Origin: Chiloscyllium plagiosum
Taxonomy: Eukaryota
Length of the DNA stretch: 64,000 bases
Reading direction: 5' to 3'
Assembly: GCF_004010195.1 (NCBI RefSeq)
Contig: NC_057719.1
Location: 29,549,244-29,613,243 of the forward strand
The notes beneath the pieces were generated by a model. That model was given only the letters and a program-made list of their open reading frames with translations, did not search any database and was not told the origin of the DNA. Positions 25,333 to 38,419 of the stretch are shown here, in pieces (within the stretch, counting starts at the first letter, position 1; each line of letters starts with the position of its first letter). Made by a program: the position numbers and the translations under genes.

Positions 25333-25507
25333 TTCTGACTGGCTCCTGTGGTACTGAGTCCCCAAAGCCATGTGGGAGATTGAAGTCTGGTCCTGAAAAA
25401 GGCTGCAACCCTTTAGGAAGACTATTGGTTGTCCTCAATGTATTGGGCCTTGTTAGTAATGGCATTATTGCAGCTAGCCCTGTTTCCATTGAACTTGAAG
25501 GCATTGT
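25333..25507 (-). CDS. LRRC9: LRRC9 coding exon of the C-terminal tail: TMPSSSMETGLAAIMPLLTRPNTLRTTNSLPKGLQPFSGPDFNLPHGFGDSVPQEPVR
   Basis: Acceptor ttttgaccatAG and donor GTaaga; 175 bp, phase 0 to 1, open frame (ORF 25319..25504), phase-compatible with both neighbours. Confidence 0.85.
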
Positions 25508-25734
25508 CTATGGTCAAAAAAATCAATATTGGTTAAATATTGAAATCTGTAGTTGCAGTGCTATTAAGGAACTGAAAATAAAACGAATATCAATGACATC
25601 AAATGTTTCTGAATGGATGTGAAAGGTGGTTTAGCCCCCTCAACTACAACCTGGCTCATGTGCAGAAAACCTGCCTGTATAAGATAGTTGGTGAGTGTAC
25701 TTAATGTTCTGTTTTAGAATTGTCTATCAGCAGA

Positions 25735-25850
25735 GAGCTTTTGTGGTGCAGTACTACTGTCCTTGTCTCTGAGCCAGGAGGCCTGGGTTCAAATCTCACC
25801 TGCTTCAGATGTATGTAATACTATCTCTGAATAGGCCGATTAGAAGATCT
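25735..25850 (+). mobile_element. Short tRNA-derived SINE-like element
   Basis: TGGTGCAGT...GGGTTCAAATCTC; collinear with 24508-24620. Confidence 0.55.
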
Positions 25851-26765
25851 CAGGCAGGAAAGATACTCAAATAATGGATGAACAATCTATGCCTTTTGAT
25901 GGAGACATGCACCCACAGACCTCTCAATAAAAGCGGTCTAGGAAGATGTTTTTGTGTTGGGAGTTAGAGTTAAATTAGTTTAAAAGGATTCTGAATATTT
26001 ATCAAATCAATTTGTTCTTTTAGCTCAAAAAGGAATTTTAAATGAGGGATACAGTGATTTCAACTTATGTGTGTGTTTGATGAGAGAGACTGTCAACTGC
26101 AATCTTGATTGTATGTGGTCCAGATTACTGGGAGAATATAAACAAAGTAAATGATCATTAGACCTACAGTTTAAGAAGGAAAATGCTAATCATTCAGCTC
26201 ATCAAATGGATTTCATTAGGGAACAGAAACTGCAGGATGTCCCCAGTTAGTGAAAAATATCTATATGGTTTAAATGAAGAACCAGCTAATTGGCTTTGAA
26301 GTATTGAGAAAAAAACTAGACTAGTTGGACCGAAGAGTCTGTTTCCATGCTGAACGAATATGATAAAAATAACTCATTTAACCACAGTCAAGCCCCGAAT
26401 ATTACGATCAGTCCCAATCCCAACTTGTGGCAGTTTAAACAGTTTAGAAGACAGTCAGGATCTAAAGCAGGCTTTCTGACTCACTAAGTAAATCAAAAAC
26501 CCTTCAAAGTCTCTAACCTTGGCTTTAAAGGTGGGGCCATTTTTGGAAGATTGTGGATGCTGGGATAATTGCCCATAGAAGTTTCAACTTCCAAGGCAAT
26601 TCCTGCGGATGTCTGCCTTGGGATGTCCGTATGGTCCCAATAAGCAATTCCAGTCTTCACTTCTGCCACAACTATCTTCCTATCAGGAGGTCTGGGTCAA
26701 AGGATCTTGTCTTGGAGAATAGCCAGAACTGAGGAGAATTAAATTCCAGAGAGCAGGAACATACT

Positions 26766-26897
26766 TAGAGTCATAGAGATGTACAGCACAGAAACAGGCC
26801 CTTCGGTCCAATTCGTCCGTGCCAACCAGATATCCTAAACTAATCTAGTCCCATTTGCCAGCATTTGACCCAGATTCCTCTAAATCTTTCCTATATT
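26766..26897 (-). mobile_element. CR1 extreme 3' end
   Basis: Reverse complement of the CR1 tail seen at 400-525. Confidence 0.85.
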
Positions 26898-27339
26898 GTT
26901 CTGATACAAGTAAATAACTCTTAAGATATCTTAAAGTATAAGAGAATTCTTTGGGGAGTGGAGCGAGGATAATAAATGCAACTGAATACATAACTATATA
27001 GCCATGAACAATATTGTTAATTAATAATCCTAAGTTTTTTTTAATGTCCAAATCTTTTAATTGCTTGATAGTACAGAATGTACACACTGCTAAAAAGAGA
27101 CACAAAGTTAAAGCATTTTGTCGACACTTATCATGACTGAAACATGAAGATCCTCTTTAGATCCTCTTTAGAAAGCAAATAATTTATGCATTTTCGTTTG
27201 GGAGATATGCCAAGCCTTCTATCATGGTTTGTGGGACTACCCTGTGTTAAATGGGAAAGACTTCAAACAGATTTGGCAATTCAAAATTATACATCCACAA
27301 GTTGCACAGCAGAAATATATTCCAACACATTCTGTAACT

Positions 27340-29410
27340 TCATGGCCAGGCATTTCCCACACTATTATCATCAACAAGCTGACAGAATAATCCTGGTTCA
27401 ATGAAGAATGTAGGAGGGCATGTCAGGAGTAGCACCGTGTCTACCTAAAAATGAAGTGTCAACCTGGTGAAGATACAACACAGGGAGAAAGTGAGGACTG
27501 CAGATGCTGGAGATCAGAGCTGAAAAATGTGTTGCTGGAAAAGTGCAGCAGGTCAGGTAGCATCCAAGGAGCAGGAGACTCGACGTTTCGGGCATAAGCC
27601 CTCCTTCAGGAAAGGGCTCCTGAAGAAGGGCTTATGCCCGAAACGTCGATTGTCCTGCTCCTTGGATGAAGATACAACATATGACTACTTGCTTGTAAAA
27701 CAGTGGAAGCAGCATACAAAACTCAACAATTTTATAACCAATGGATCAGATCGAAGATCTGCAGTTCTGCCATATCCAGTCATGAATGGTGGTGCATAAC
27801 TAAACAACTAAGGATGTGGAGGGTCCAGAAACATTCCCATCCTTGATGATAGGGAAAAGCCCAGTACATCAGTGCAAAAGACAAGGCTGAAGTATTTACA
27901 TTCATCTTCAGCCAGAAATGCTAAGTGAATGATTCTCCTCCTGAGGTCCCCAGCATCACAGTCTTCAACTAATTTGATTCAATACATGTGATATCAAGAA
28001 ACAGCTGAAGATACTTGACACTGCAAAAGCTATGGGCTCTGATAATATTTTGGAAATAGTATTGAAGATTTGTACTCCACAATCAGCCCCATACCCAAAC
28101 CAAGCTGTTCTATGCAACCGCACACTGGCATCTGGCAGACAGTGTGAAAAATTGCCCAGTTATGTTTTATACATAAAAATTAGGGCAAATCCAACCCAAC
28201 AATTACTGCCCCATCAGTCTTATCTCGATCATCAACAGTGTTACCTAGATGCTTAGCTGTGTACGCCATGGCTACTCAGCTCCTGGCTTCATTACAACCT
28301 GATTCAAAGATGGACAAAACATGTGAACTCCAACAGTGAGGTAAGAGTGACACCAAGTCAGCATTTCACTGAAATGGCATCAAGAAGCCCTAGCAAAAAT
28401 AGGGTCATTGATAATTAGGGAAAATCCTTTACATTATTTGGAGACGTACTTAGCATGAAGAGAAGATGGTTCTGGTTGTTGGTGATCAAACACCTCATCC
28501 CCAGGGCATTTGTGGAATTCTCAGATAGTGTCCTAGGCTGATCCATCTTGAGCTGCTTTGTCAATGACATTCCCTCCATCATAAGGGCAGAGTAGAGATG
28601 TTCACAATAATTGCACAATGTTTGGCACCATTTGTGACACCTCAGATACTGAAGCAGTTTACGTCCATATGAAGCCAGATCTGGAAAACATCCAGGCTTG
28701 GACTGATAAGCAGGCACTCAAGTTCTGGACAATGATAATCTCCAACAAAACAGAATCTAACCATTACCACTTAACGTTCAATGACATTGCTATCTCTGAA
28801 AACCCCATTATCAAAATCCTATAGGTTGGCATTGAATAGAAACTGAACTATATAAATACTGTGGCTACAAAAACAAGTCAGTGGTTAAAAATTCTAGGAG
28901 TTACTCACCACCTATCTCATCAAAAGCTGTCCAACATCAATAACACATGTCAGTTGAGTGATGGAAAGCTCCCAATTTGACTGAATGGGCGGAGGTCCAA
29001 GAACACTCAAAAAGCCATCCAGGACAGAGCAATCTGTCGGGCAATCACTCCCTTCCCACTGACACAGTGGCAGCAGTATGAAACATTTACAAGGTGCACT
29101 GCATCAACTCAGCAAGGCTCCTCTGAAAGTACTTTGAAACTTGTGGCCTCTACAACCTTGAAGGACAAGGGCAGTTGACGCAAGGGAACACCATCATCTG
29201 CAAGTGCCCCTCTAAATCACACACCATCCTGACATTGAACGATATTGCTGCTCCTTCACTACTGCGGGTCAAAATCCTGGAATTCCTGTCCTAACGGCAA
29301 GGAACATACCCAAATGATTGCAGTGGCTTAAAATGACACATCACCATCACCTGGGGCGATAAGGGATGGGCAATAAATTCTGCCCTAGCTACCACTACTC
29401 ACATCGCACA
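27340..29410 (+). mobile_element. Degraded LINE of a second CR1/L2-group family
   Basis: Decayed RT (NYCPISL, SVLG-SI-SCFVND, DLENIQAW) and a 3' end GGGATGGGCAATAAATTCTG...CACATCGC; related pieces at 45005-45490 and 57379-57513. Confidence 0.75.
27481..27666. mobile_element. Mini-PLE insertion made of two inverted family B termini, each with a hammerhead
   Basis: 13-bp TSD TGAAGATACAACA at 27468-27480 and 27667-27679; hammerhead cores at 27582-27609 (-) and 27620-27647 (+). Confidence 0.88.
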
Positions 29411-29752
29411 AACTGATAGTGTTCCCAGAGCATTAATTTGGGGCTCTGGATTACTATTCCAGTGACATTGCCACTATATCATCACCTCCCCTAAAATCTT
29501 TGTATACAATAAGTTTGTTTATGTTTAAAAAATTGAACTTGTAGGGCATTGTTCTATTGGATGGATGGTCAGATTTCCCTTTATATGTAAAGAATCCCTG
29601 AACAGGATTGGAATTTCATCCTAAATCAGAGACCATGATGTAACACACCACATAGCAAACCATCCCTATGTCAATCCAATCGATTGTTTAGCTTATACTG
29701 TTAACAATGTCACAGGATATCTGCTAGCCATTTAAACCACCAAAAGTCTTAC

Positions 29753-29878
29753 ATTATGCTCGCACAATAGAAATTCAGCTTTTTCTTTCTCATCCATAGT
29801 GACTGGTACGCCATCTAATATCTGAAGCTTTGTCAATCGAAACACTAGGAATGGACGATACAACATTTTACGAGAGAC
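29753..29878 (-). CDS. LRRC9: LRRC9 coding exon with LRRcap motif: VSRKMLYRPFLVFRLTKLQILDGVPVTMDEKEKAEFLLCEHN
   Basis: Acceptor ttttttcAG and donor GTaaga; 126 bp, phase 0 to 0. YRxxLxxxLxxLxxLDG is the LRRcap signature of SDS22-like LRR proteins. Confidence 0.95.
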
Positions 29879-30214
29879 CTGAAAAAAATTTACAATGTAA
29901 TCTTAAAATAGAGTATCACTTGATTATCATCTTAATGGTTTTGACATTTACAGTGATTCAGAAAAGATTGACATAAATCAAACACACTCAGAATTTCATA
30001 CATTTTATTAGTTTTAGAATTGCCTATATTTTAAAGTGTCCTTATAAGAATTGCTGTTCATTGTAACTTGTAGACCCATTCAACGTTGATCCAAACCTTT
30101 ACAACCACAAACTGATCGATTTTTTTTTTTAAGAATGGTAACCTGAATTCTCCAGGTAGTTAAATGGCAACCTGAGACATACAAAACATAGAATACCACA
30201 CTTGAACGGTTTCT

Positions 30215-32175
30215 CACCCCTGGAGAACATGTGTGCAGAAAGTGTGATCGGCTGCAGCTACTGATGAACTACATTTCAAAGCTGGCGCTCAGGGTGAAAT
30301 CATTGTGGAGCATCAGCAGTGCTGAGCATGTTGTGGCTAGCATGTTCAGTGAGGTGGTCACACTGCAAGCGAAGATCGAACAGCAAAAATGGGCATGGGT
30401 GACCATCAGGCAGAGCAGAGGAAGCCAGGTAGTCCAAGAGTTCCCTGTGGCCAGCCTCCTTTCTAACAGATATATTGTTTGAATACTATTGGGGAAGATG
30501 ACTGTGCAGCGGAAAGTAGTGGCAGCCAACTTCACAACACCATTAGCGGATCTGCTGCCCAAAATGGGAGGAAGAATAATGGCAGGACTGAAGTCGAAGG
30601 GGGTTCAATTGTAAGGGGAACAAATAAGTGTTTCTGTGACTGCAAAAGAGACTCCAGAATGGTATGTTTCCTCCCTGATGCCAAGATCAGGGATATCACT
30701 GAATGGCTGCATGGCATTCTGAGAGGGCATGTAAACAGAGATTGTTGCATATATTATGATTATGATGAGGGCTTAGGACTTATTTATTGTCAAATTTATC
30801 TAAAAAAGGTATAGTAAAAAATCCGGTGCCATTTTGAGATACAAAAAGAATTTTAAAAAATTACATAAACAGAGTTCCTCTTCTGTACAAGGGCTCTTCA
30901 AACACAGCTCCAGCAAAGTCTCTGCAAGGTGACCCAGGCCTCAAAAGAATTCTTGTGCTTCAGGCTTACTGCAGCCAGGTGTCGTCACACCAGGTACCGC
31001 TACTGCCACAGCTGACCACCCGCCAAGTCCACACTCTGGCCCTCCCACAGCCAGGAGTCCTTGCTCTGGGCATTGCCACCGCTGCAGCCGACAACCCACC
31101 AAGCACCCTCCAACTTCCCCAGACGTCAGATGATGATGAAAAGAAGAGAAAGAAAATGACGAGAAAGGAGAGAAAGAGAAGGACGCAGATGGCCTGTACA
31201 AAGATTTGCAGGTTAGGTACATAGGTTATGTCAGGGATCTGCTGACTAGGTGGATTAGACATTGGAAATGCAGTGTTACAGTGATGGAGTGGGTCTGGAT
31301 GGGATGCTTTTTTGAGGGTTGGTGTGGACCCTGTGGGCCAAATAACCGGCTTCCACACTGTAGAGATTCTTTGATTCTATGAATGCATGGAGGGATGGTA
31401 CAGGAGGGAGGGCTTTAGATTTCTGGGATGTTGGGACTGTTTTAGCGGCTGGTGGAACCTGGTTGCAGTGAACCTAAATGGGATTAGCATCCTTGTAGGA
31501 AGGTTTATAGTGCTTTTTTGGAACGTCTGTTTGGTGGGTGGAATCCTGAGAGACAGTTCAACAAGGGGAGATGAATGGTCAAAATTAGAGACAGCTAGGG
31601 AGTCAGGAGGCATAGAAATTGTCGGCCAGTTAAAGTACAAGGGAATTTAGCAAGGTTGGATGGTTTTTATTTTAATGCAAGGAATCTGATGAATAAGGCA
31701 AATGAGTTGAGGACACAAATTAAAACATAGGGATATGATGCAATTGCTATCACTGAGACATGGTTGACAATGGGACAGCATTGGCAAGTTAATATTCCAG
31801 GATACAGGGTCTTCAGGCAAGACAGGGAAGGAGATAAAAGAGGAAGGGGTGTCACAATATTAATCAGGAAAACAATTATAGCAGAAGATGCCTCAAATAA
31901 AGCCATATGGGTAGAAATTAAAAACGAAAGGGGAGCAATCACATTGCTGGGGGTGTACTGTAGGCCACCCAACAGTCTGAAAGAAACAGAAGAGTAGATA
32001 TGTAAGTAAATATCAGACAAGTGTAAAAGTACGAGGATATTGATAGTAGGGGATTTCAACTTCCCAAACATTAGCTGGGTACTCACAATGTGAAAGATTG
32101 AGAGGAAGCAGAATTATTAAAATGCATCCAGGAGATGCATTTTTAAGCTGGTATATGGAAGGCTGTACATGATAG
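30215..32175 (+). mobile_element. Degraded CR1 5' part (ORF1 and endonuclease), split by an insertion at about 30735-31382
   Basis: CRKCDRLQLL...GGSIVRG...CFLPDAKI (ORF1), then NARNL-NK and IPGYRVFRQDR...GVYCRPPNS...GDFNFP (APE domain). Confidence 0.85.
31200..31382 (+). mobile_element. 3' half of an HE1-type SINE
   Basis: AAGATTTGCAGGTTAGG...GTGTGGAC...TTCCACACTGTAGAGATTCTTTGATTCTATG matches 6720-6909. Confidence 0.7.
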
Positions 32176-32719
32176 GGGATGATTTCAGCTAGGCAATACC
32201 TAAGAACTACAATTAGCTTCAGTGCCTCCATTTAACTAGGTGAAGATTGAGTGGAGTACCATTTCCTGTTCATTGGTTAATAATCTTACTCATATCTGTT
32301 TCCACTGGATTTTGATAAACATTGAATCACGATTAAGTTTCACATTTTAATGAGTTCCAAGATGCGCTACTGCAGTATACCGATATACGTACCAGTGGGA
32401 AGTCACAGAAATGAATAAAATAAAATAAATTTTTTTAATATCTTGAATATCTACATATATATACACAGGTATTTCTCAAAAAGGTTTTGCAATAGAGAAA
32501 ACTGCAACTGTTGGTCGCACAAAGGTGATGGAATTGATCCTCATGTTTACAGTATAGATCATTCCTCTCAATGGAGAGGTGTGAGAAATACAACTTCTGT
32601 GACAGTGGCATGACCGAAGTTGTTATTCAGAATTCGTATGTAAGCACTAGAGAGGCAAGTAAAGACTGAGCATGGATCTGGGTGGCATGCTCTTTGCAGT
32701 GTTGGTGCAAACTCAAAGG

Positions 32720-35700
32720 TCTCTTGCTTGATGTGGGAGCTCAGGGATGTGGCTGACGTCCCTGACTCTTACACTTGCAAGAAGTGTGTCCAGCTGCAGC
32801 TCTTGTTTGACCGCATGATGGCTCTGGAGCTGCAGATGGACTCACTGTGGAGCATCCGCGATGCTGAGGAGATCGTGGATAGCATGTTTAGTGAAGTGGT
32901 CACACTGCAGATTAGAATTGCTGAGGGAGACAGTGACTGCGTGACCAAAAGGCAGAGAAAGAGTAGGAATGCAGTGCAAGTGTCCCCTATGGTCATCTCC
33001 CTCCAAAACAGGTATACCGTTTTGGATACTGTTGGGGGGAGATGGCTCAGTGGGGAGGGCAGCAGTTGCCAGGATCATGGCAACGTGGCTGGCACTGCTG
33101 TTCAGAAGGGCGGGAAAAAGATTCATAGGGCCATAGTTATAGGGGATTCTATTGTAAGGGAAGTAGATAGGCTGTTCTGAGGCCGTAAACGAGACTCCTG
33201 GATGGTATGTTGCCTCTCAGATGTTCGGGTCAGGGATGTCACCGATCGGTTGCAGGGGAGGGTGAACAGCCAATGATATAAGTAAAAAAACGAGATGAGG
33301 TCCTGAAAGCAGAATTCAACGAGGCAGGAGAGAAGTTAAAGAGGAAGACCTCAAAGGTAGTGATCTCAGGATTGCTACCAATGCCATGTGCTAGCCAGGG
33401 TAGAAATGAAAAAATAGGCAGGATGAACACATGTCTTGAGGGATGGTGGAGGAGGGAAGGGTTCAGATTTGTGGGACATTGGGACCGGTTCTGGGGAAGG
33501 TGGGACTATTACAATTGGATGGTCTACACTTGAACTAGACTGGAACTAATGTCCTTGGGGAGTCTTTGCTACTGCTATTCAGGAGGTTTTAATGTAGCAG
33601 GGGACTGGGAACGAGAAGAGAAGACTAGTAGACAGTGACGTGTGAACTAGAGCCTGTAAGGATCATGAAGTTAGCATTACCAAGGGGAAGAGTGGGCAGA
33701 GAGCAGATGAACGCAAAAGAACCGGTGACCTGAAGTGCATGTACTTTAATGCAAGGCAGATGAACTTAGGGTTTGGATTGGTGCCTGGGAGTATGTACCT
33801 GTAAGAAGCATCCAGGAAAATTTTCTCGAGCAGAGTGTCAATAGTCCAACGAGGGAAGGAGCCATATTGGAGCTGGTGTTGGGAATAAGCCAGGTTAGGT
33901 GGTAGAAGTTGCAGTGGGGGATTTCTTTGTGAATAGTGACCACAATTATGTCAGTTTTAGAATACTCGTAGACAAAGATGAAAGTGGAAAGTGAAAGGGA
34001 AGAGTACTAAAACTGGGCCAAGGCCAATTACATCAATATTCGCAGGAGCTGGGAAATGTGGATTGGTAGTAGCTATTTGAAGGGAAATCCACATTTGATA
34101 TGTGGGAGGCTTTCAAAGATAGGTTGAAGATAGTGCAGGAAAGGCATGTCCCTTTGAAAACAAGAGATAGGAAAGCAAGATTTGTGAACCATGGATGACA
34201 GGTGAAATCGTGCAACTAGCCAAGAGGAAAAGGGAAACATACATAAAGTCCAGGCAGCTAAGAACAGAATGGGCTTTGGAGGAATATTGGGAGAGTAGGA
34301 CCAATCTTAAACGAGGAATCAAGTGGGCTAAAGGAAGGTCATGAAATAACTTTAGCGAGCAGAATTAAGGAGAAACTCAAGGCTTTTTATTCATATATAA
34401 GAAGCAAGAGGGTAACTTAGAGAAAGGGTTGGTCCACTAAGGATAAGGAAGGAAGGTTGTCTGTCGAACCTGGGAAAATGGGTGACATTCTCAGTGATTA
34501 CTTTGCATCAGTGTTCACTGAGGAGAGGGACATGATGAATGTTGAGATTAGAGATAGAAGTTTGTTTACTCTGGATCACGTTGACATATGGAGGGAGAAT
34601 GTGTTGGGTAGGCTAAAGGATATTAAGGTTGACAAATCCCCAGGACCAGATGGGATCTATCTCTGTTGCTGAGGGAGGCGAGAGAGAGGAAATAGCTGGG
34701 GCCCTGACAGATATCTTTGTAGCATTCTTAAACACAGGTGAAGTGCCGCAGGATTGGAGAGTTGCTAAAGTTGTCCCCCTGTACAAAAAGGGTAGTAGGG
34801 ATATTCCAGGTAATTACAGACCAGTGAGCCTGACGTCAGTGGTAAGAAAGTTGCTGGAGAAGGTACTGAGGGATAAAATCTATTTATATTTGGAAAAGAA
34901 TGGGCTTATCAGTGATAGGCACCATGCTTTTGTGCGGGGGAGATCGTGCCTTACCAACTTAATAGAGTTCTTCGAGGAAGTGACCAAGTTGATAGATGAA
35001 GGAAGGATTGTGGATGTCAGATACATGGACTTTAGTAAGGCGTTTGATAAGGTTCCCCATTATAAACTAATGGAGAAAGTGAAGTCACATGGTGTGCAGG
35101 ATGTTCTAGCTAGGTGGATAAAGAACTGTTTGAGCAACAGGAGACAGAGAGTAGTAGTTGAAGGGAGTTTCTCGAAATGGAGAAAGGTGACAAGTGGTGT
35201 TCCACATGGATCAGTGCTGGGGCCACTGTTGTTTGTGATATACACAAATGATTTGGAAGAGGGCACTGTTAGTCTGATCAATAAGTTTGCAGATGAGACT
35301 AAGATTGGTGGAGTAGCAGAAAGCATAGGGGACTATCAAAGAATACAGGAGAATATAGATTGACTGGAGAGTTGGCTGGAGAAGTGGCAGATGGAGTTCA
35401 ATCCAGGAAAATGTGAGGTGATGCATTTTGGGAAGTCGAATTCTAGAGCGAACTATACTGTAAACGGAAGAGCCTTGGGAAAAGTTGATGAGCAGAGAGA
35501 TCTGGGAGTTCAGGTCCATTGTACCCTGAAGGTGGCTGCACAGGTGGATAGAGTGGTCAAGAATGCATATGGTATGCTTGCCTTCATCAGATGGGGTATT
35601 GAGTGTAAGAGCTGGCAGGTCATGTTAAAATTGTACAAGACTTTGGTTTGGCCATATTTAGAATACTTTGTACAGTTCTCGTCGCCACATTACCAAAAGG

Positions 35701-36200
35701 ACGTGGACACTTTGGACAGGGTGCAGAGAAGGTTTACGAGCATGTTGCCTAGTATGGAAGGTGCTCGCTATGAAGAGAGGTTAAGTAGGTTAGGATTGTT
35801 TTCATTAGAAAAATAGAGATTGAGGGGGGAACCTGATTGAGGTCTACAAAATCATGAAGAGTATGGACAGGGTGGATAGAGATAAGCTTTTTTCCCCCAG
35901 GGTGAGGGATTCAATAACAAGAGGTCACACTTTCAAGGTGTGAGGTGAAAAATTTAAGGAGGATACACGTAGTACTTTACACAGAGGGTGGTAGGTGCCT
36001 GGAACGTGTTGCTAGCAGAGGTAGTAGAGGCAGGCACGGTAGATTCATTTAAAGTGTGCCTGGACAGATGCATGAGTAGATGGGAGCAGAGGATGCTTAG
36101 GAATTGGACAATAGATTTAGACAGTGGAGTTGGATCGGCCCCAGCTTGGGGGCGTCAAACAGCCTGTTCCTGGGCAGTAAATTTTCTTTGATCTTTGTTC
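32720..36200 (+). mobile_element. Near-full-length CR1 LINE: ORF1 zinc finger and SGNH esterase, ORF2 with most of the endonuclease deleted
   Basis: ORF 32728..33180 (CKKC...IVIGDSIVR) and RT ORFs 34629..35363 and 35391..35816. The sequence jumps from the start of the APE domain to SIQENFLEQ at about 33795. Multiple stops. Confidence 0.95.
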
Positions 36201-36304
36201 CATCTGCACTCTAGGGATTCTATGATTTGTGCAAAACAATTTTGATTGAGCAATTAATTGATACATTATAAATTATATACAACATACAAAATTATAATAC
36301 TTAC

Positions 36305-36373
36305 AGGATTTCCAACAACTGAAAGCTCTGTCAAATTTGGAAGTGAATCAAGTTTTTCCAGTTCACCTATATC
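36305..36373 (-). CDS. LRRC9: LRRC9 coding exon: DIGELEKLDSLPNLTELSVVGNP
   Basis: Acceptor ttttcacAG and donor GTaagt; 69 bp, phase 0 to 0. Final LRR ending in GNP. Confidence 0.94.
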
Positions 36374-37510
36374 CTGTGAAAAATAAGTTGTTTAATATCA
36401 CGTCTATTATGACAGTATCTCAAATCTTGATTGACAGAACAGTTGAACAGGTTTCCTCACATTTCCATTACAATAGATTTGTTAAATACTGCATATCACA
36501 TGTTTAAATGCACCTAGTTTTTCACAAGTTTGCTCAGCACATGTTCTATGCTCTTTCTTCTATGGCTTTTTGATTTATATGTTTTATACCTTTTGACTTC
36601 CATGCTTTAAAATATTTGAAATTTAGTTATATACAGTCCATAAAACTTCCTATGCTTTCAGAAAAATATTAAATATAAATTTTGAATAATAATATACACT
36701 TTTAGTACAAAAGCAAACTACTACAAATGCTAGAAATCTGAACTGCTGGAAATACTCAGCAGATCAAGGGCATCAGTGGAGACAAAAACAAAACTGAAAC
36801 TTCAGGTTGTTGAAACTTTGAGAAGGAACATAGTTAGCCACCGGAAAAAGTTTGCGAGAGTAGAAAATTTAGGAGTTGAGGAATGGTCCATGTTGTCACA
36901 GAAAATAGTCATATTGAAACGCTGAAAGAGGAGAGGAGGAGTAGATGTGTTTGATGGTGACATCATGCTGGAACTAGCAGTGATGGTGGTAGTTGAGATG
37001 TTGATTGAATGAGGATACTGATGGCGTCAAGAGGAATTTAAAATAAATTACAAGGATATGATCATAGTGAGGACTAAAGTGAAATGGAAAAGTAGGCTAA
37101 ATTGTAAGTAGTACAGAAACAGTGGGAGACATTTAGGATATATTTTATAACTTGAAACAATTAATATTCAAGTAATTGGTCAGACAGAACTTTGAGTATT
37201 GCTCATAAAAAATATCCTTGGTCAAAGTTTTCAACTTGCAATCATCAGGACAATCACAAGAATATCATAAAGGGAAAAAGCATGACCGAAAATCACACTG
37301 TATAAGATTGCAAGAGAAAATTGCTATGCTTGTTCATTAGAAAGTTTGCATTGTCCAAACAGCGCTCACAATTGATAAATTGCGTTATAGCCAATTTGTG
37401 CTAACGAAACATGCATGATACCAAAATGACCTGCACTTATATTGAATGAGAAGAGAGTACTCATTGTGGACTCTCATTGATACAGGTCTTGCCACGGAGA
37501 AGGCAACAGT

Positions 37511-37940
37511 TATAGAGTCATAGCGCCATAGAGATGTACAGCATGGAAACAGATCCTTCAGTCCAACTCATCCAAGTCGACCAGATATCCCAACCTAATC
37601 TAGTCCGACTTGCCAGCACCTGGCCCATATCCCTCCAAACCCTTCCTATTCATATACCCATCCAAATGCCTCTTAAATGTTGCAATTGTACCAGCCTCCA
37701 CCACATCCTCTGGCAGCTCATTCCATACACGTACCACCCTCTGTGTGAAAAAGTTGCCTCTTAGGTCTCTTTATGTCTTTCCCCTCCTACTCTAAACCTA
37801 TGCCCTCTAGTTCTGGACTCCCCCACCCTACGGGAAAGACCTTGCCTATTTTATCTTATCCATGCCCCTCATGATTTTGTAAACCTCTTTCAGGTCATCC
37901 AACGCTCCAGGGAAAACAGCCCCAGCCTATTCAGTCTCTT
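37511..37940 (-). mobile_element. CR1 3' fragment
   Basis: Reverse complement of the 1-525 type sequence, including the tail. Confidence 0.92.
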
Positions 37941-38419
37941 GATGATGATTGACTGTTATTTGCCATGCTTTTTTTTCCATCCCTTTTTCTCTAGATTCTG
38001 TCTATAACACAAATCAGAAATGTGATTTATGAATTTCATAGCCAGCGTAATGCCAAGTATGTAGGCCATACATCTCAAAGACTGTAGATCATATCTCTTC
38101 AGCTGTTTGTAACAATCAAGGCACTGACCAAACACAAGCAGACAAAACATGCAACACAGTGTCCAAACAGTTGATGCAATTCTACAAACTGGACAACATT
38201 TGCTAGATTATTTTAAGCATACAAATAATGATACTTACAACCTATAGAGGATAGTCAGTTGGGCCCATCGTGTGATGTACTGCATGTACTCGAAGCTACA
38301 TTTGTTAATATATACGGCCTGACTCTTTGCAGAAAGAAAGATCTTGAGCATGCACTGCATCTGTTTCCACTCAACAAAATAGTTGGCAGCCATTTGCTGG
38401 TTTATTTCTCAAGACAATT

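Noticed and set aside
25254..25622. Plus-strand ORFs overlapping LRRC9 exons (also 46255..46566)
   Set aside because: They are antisense shadows of real minus-strand coding exons, with no independent support.
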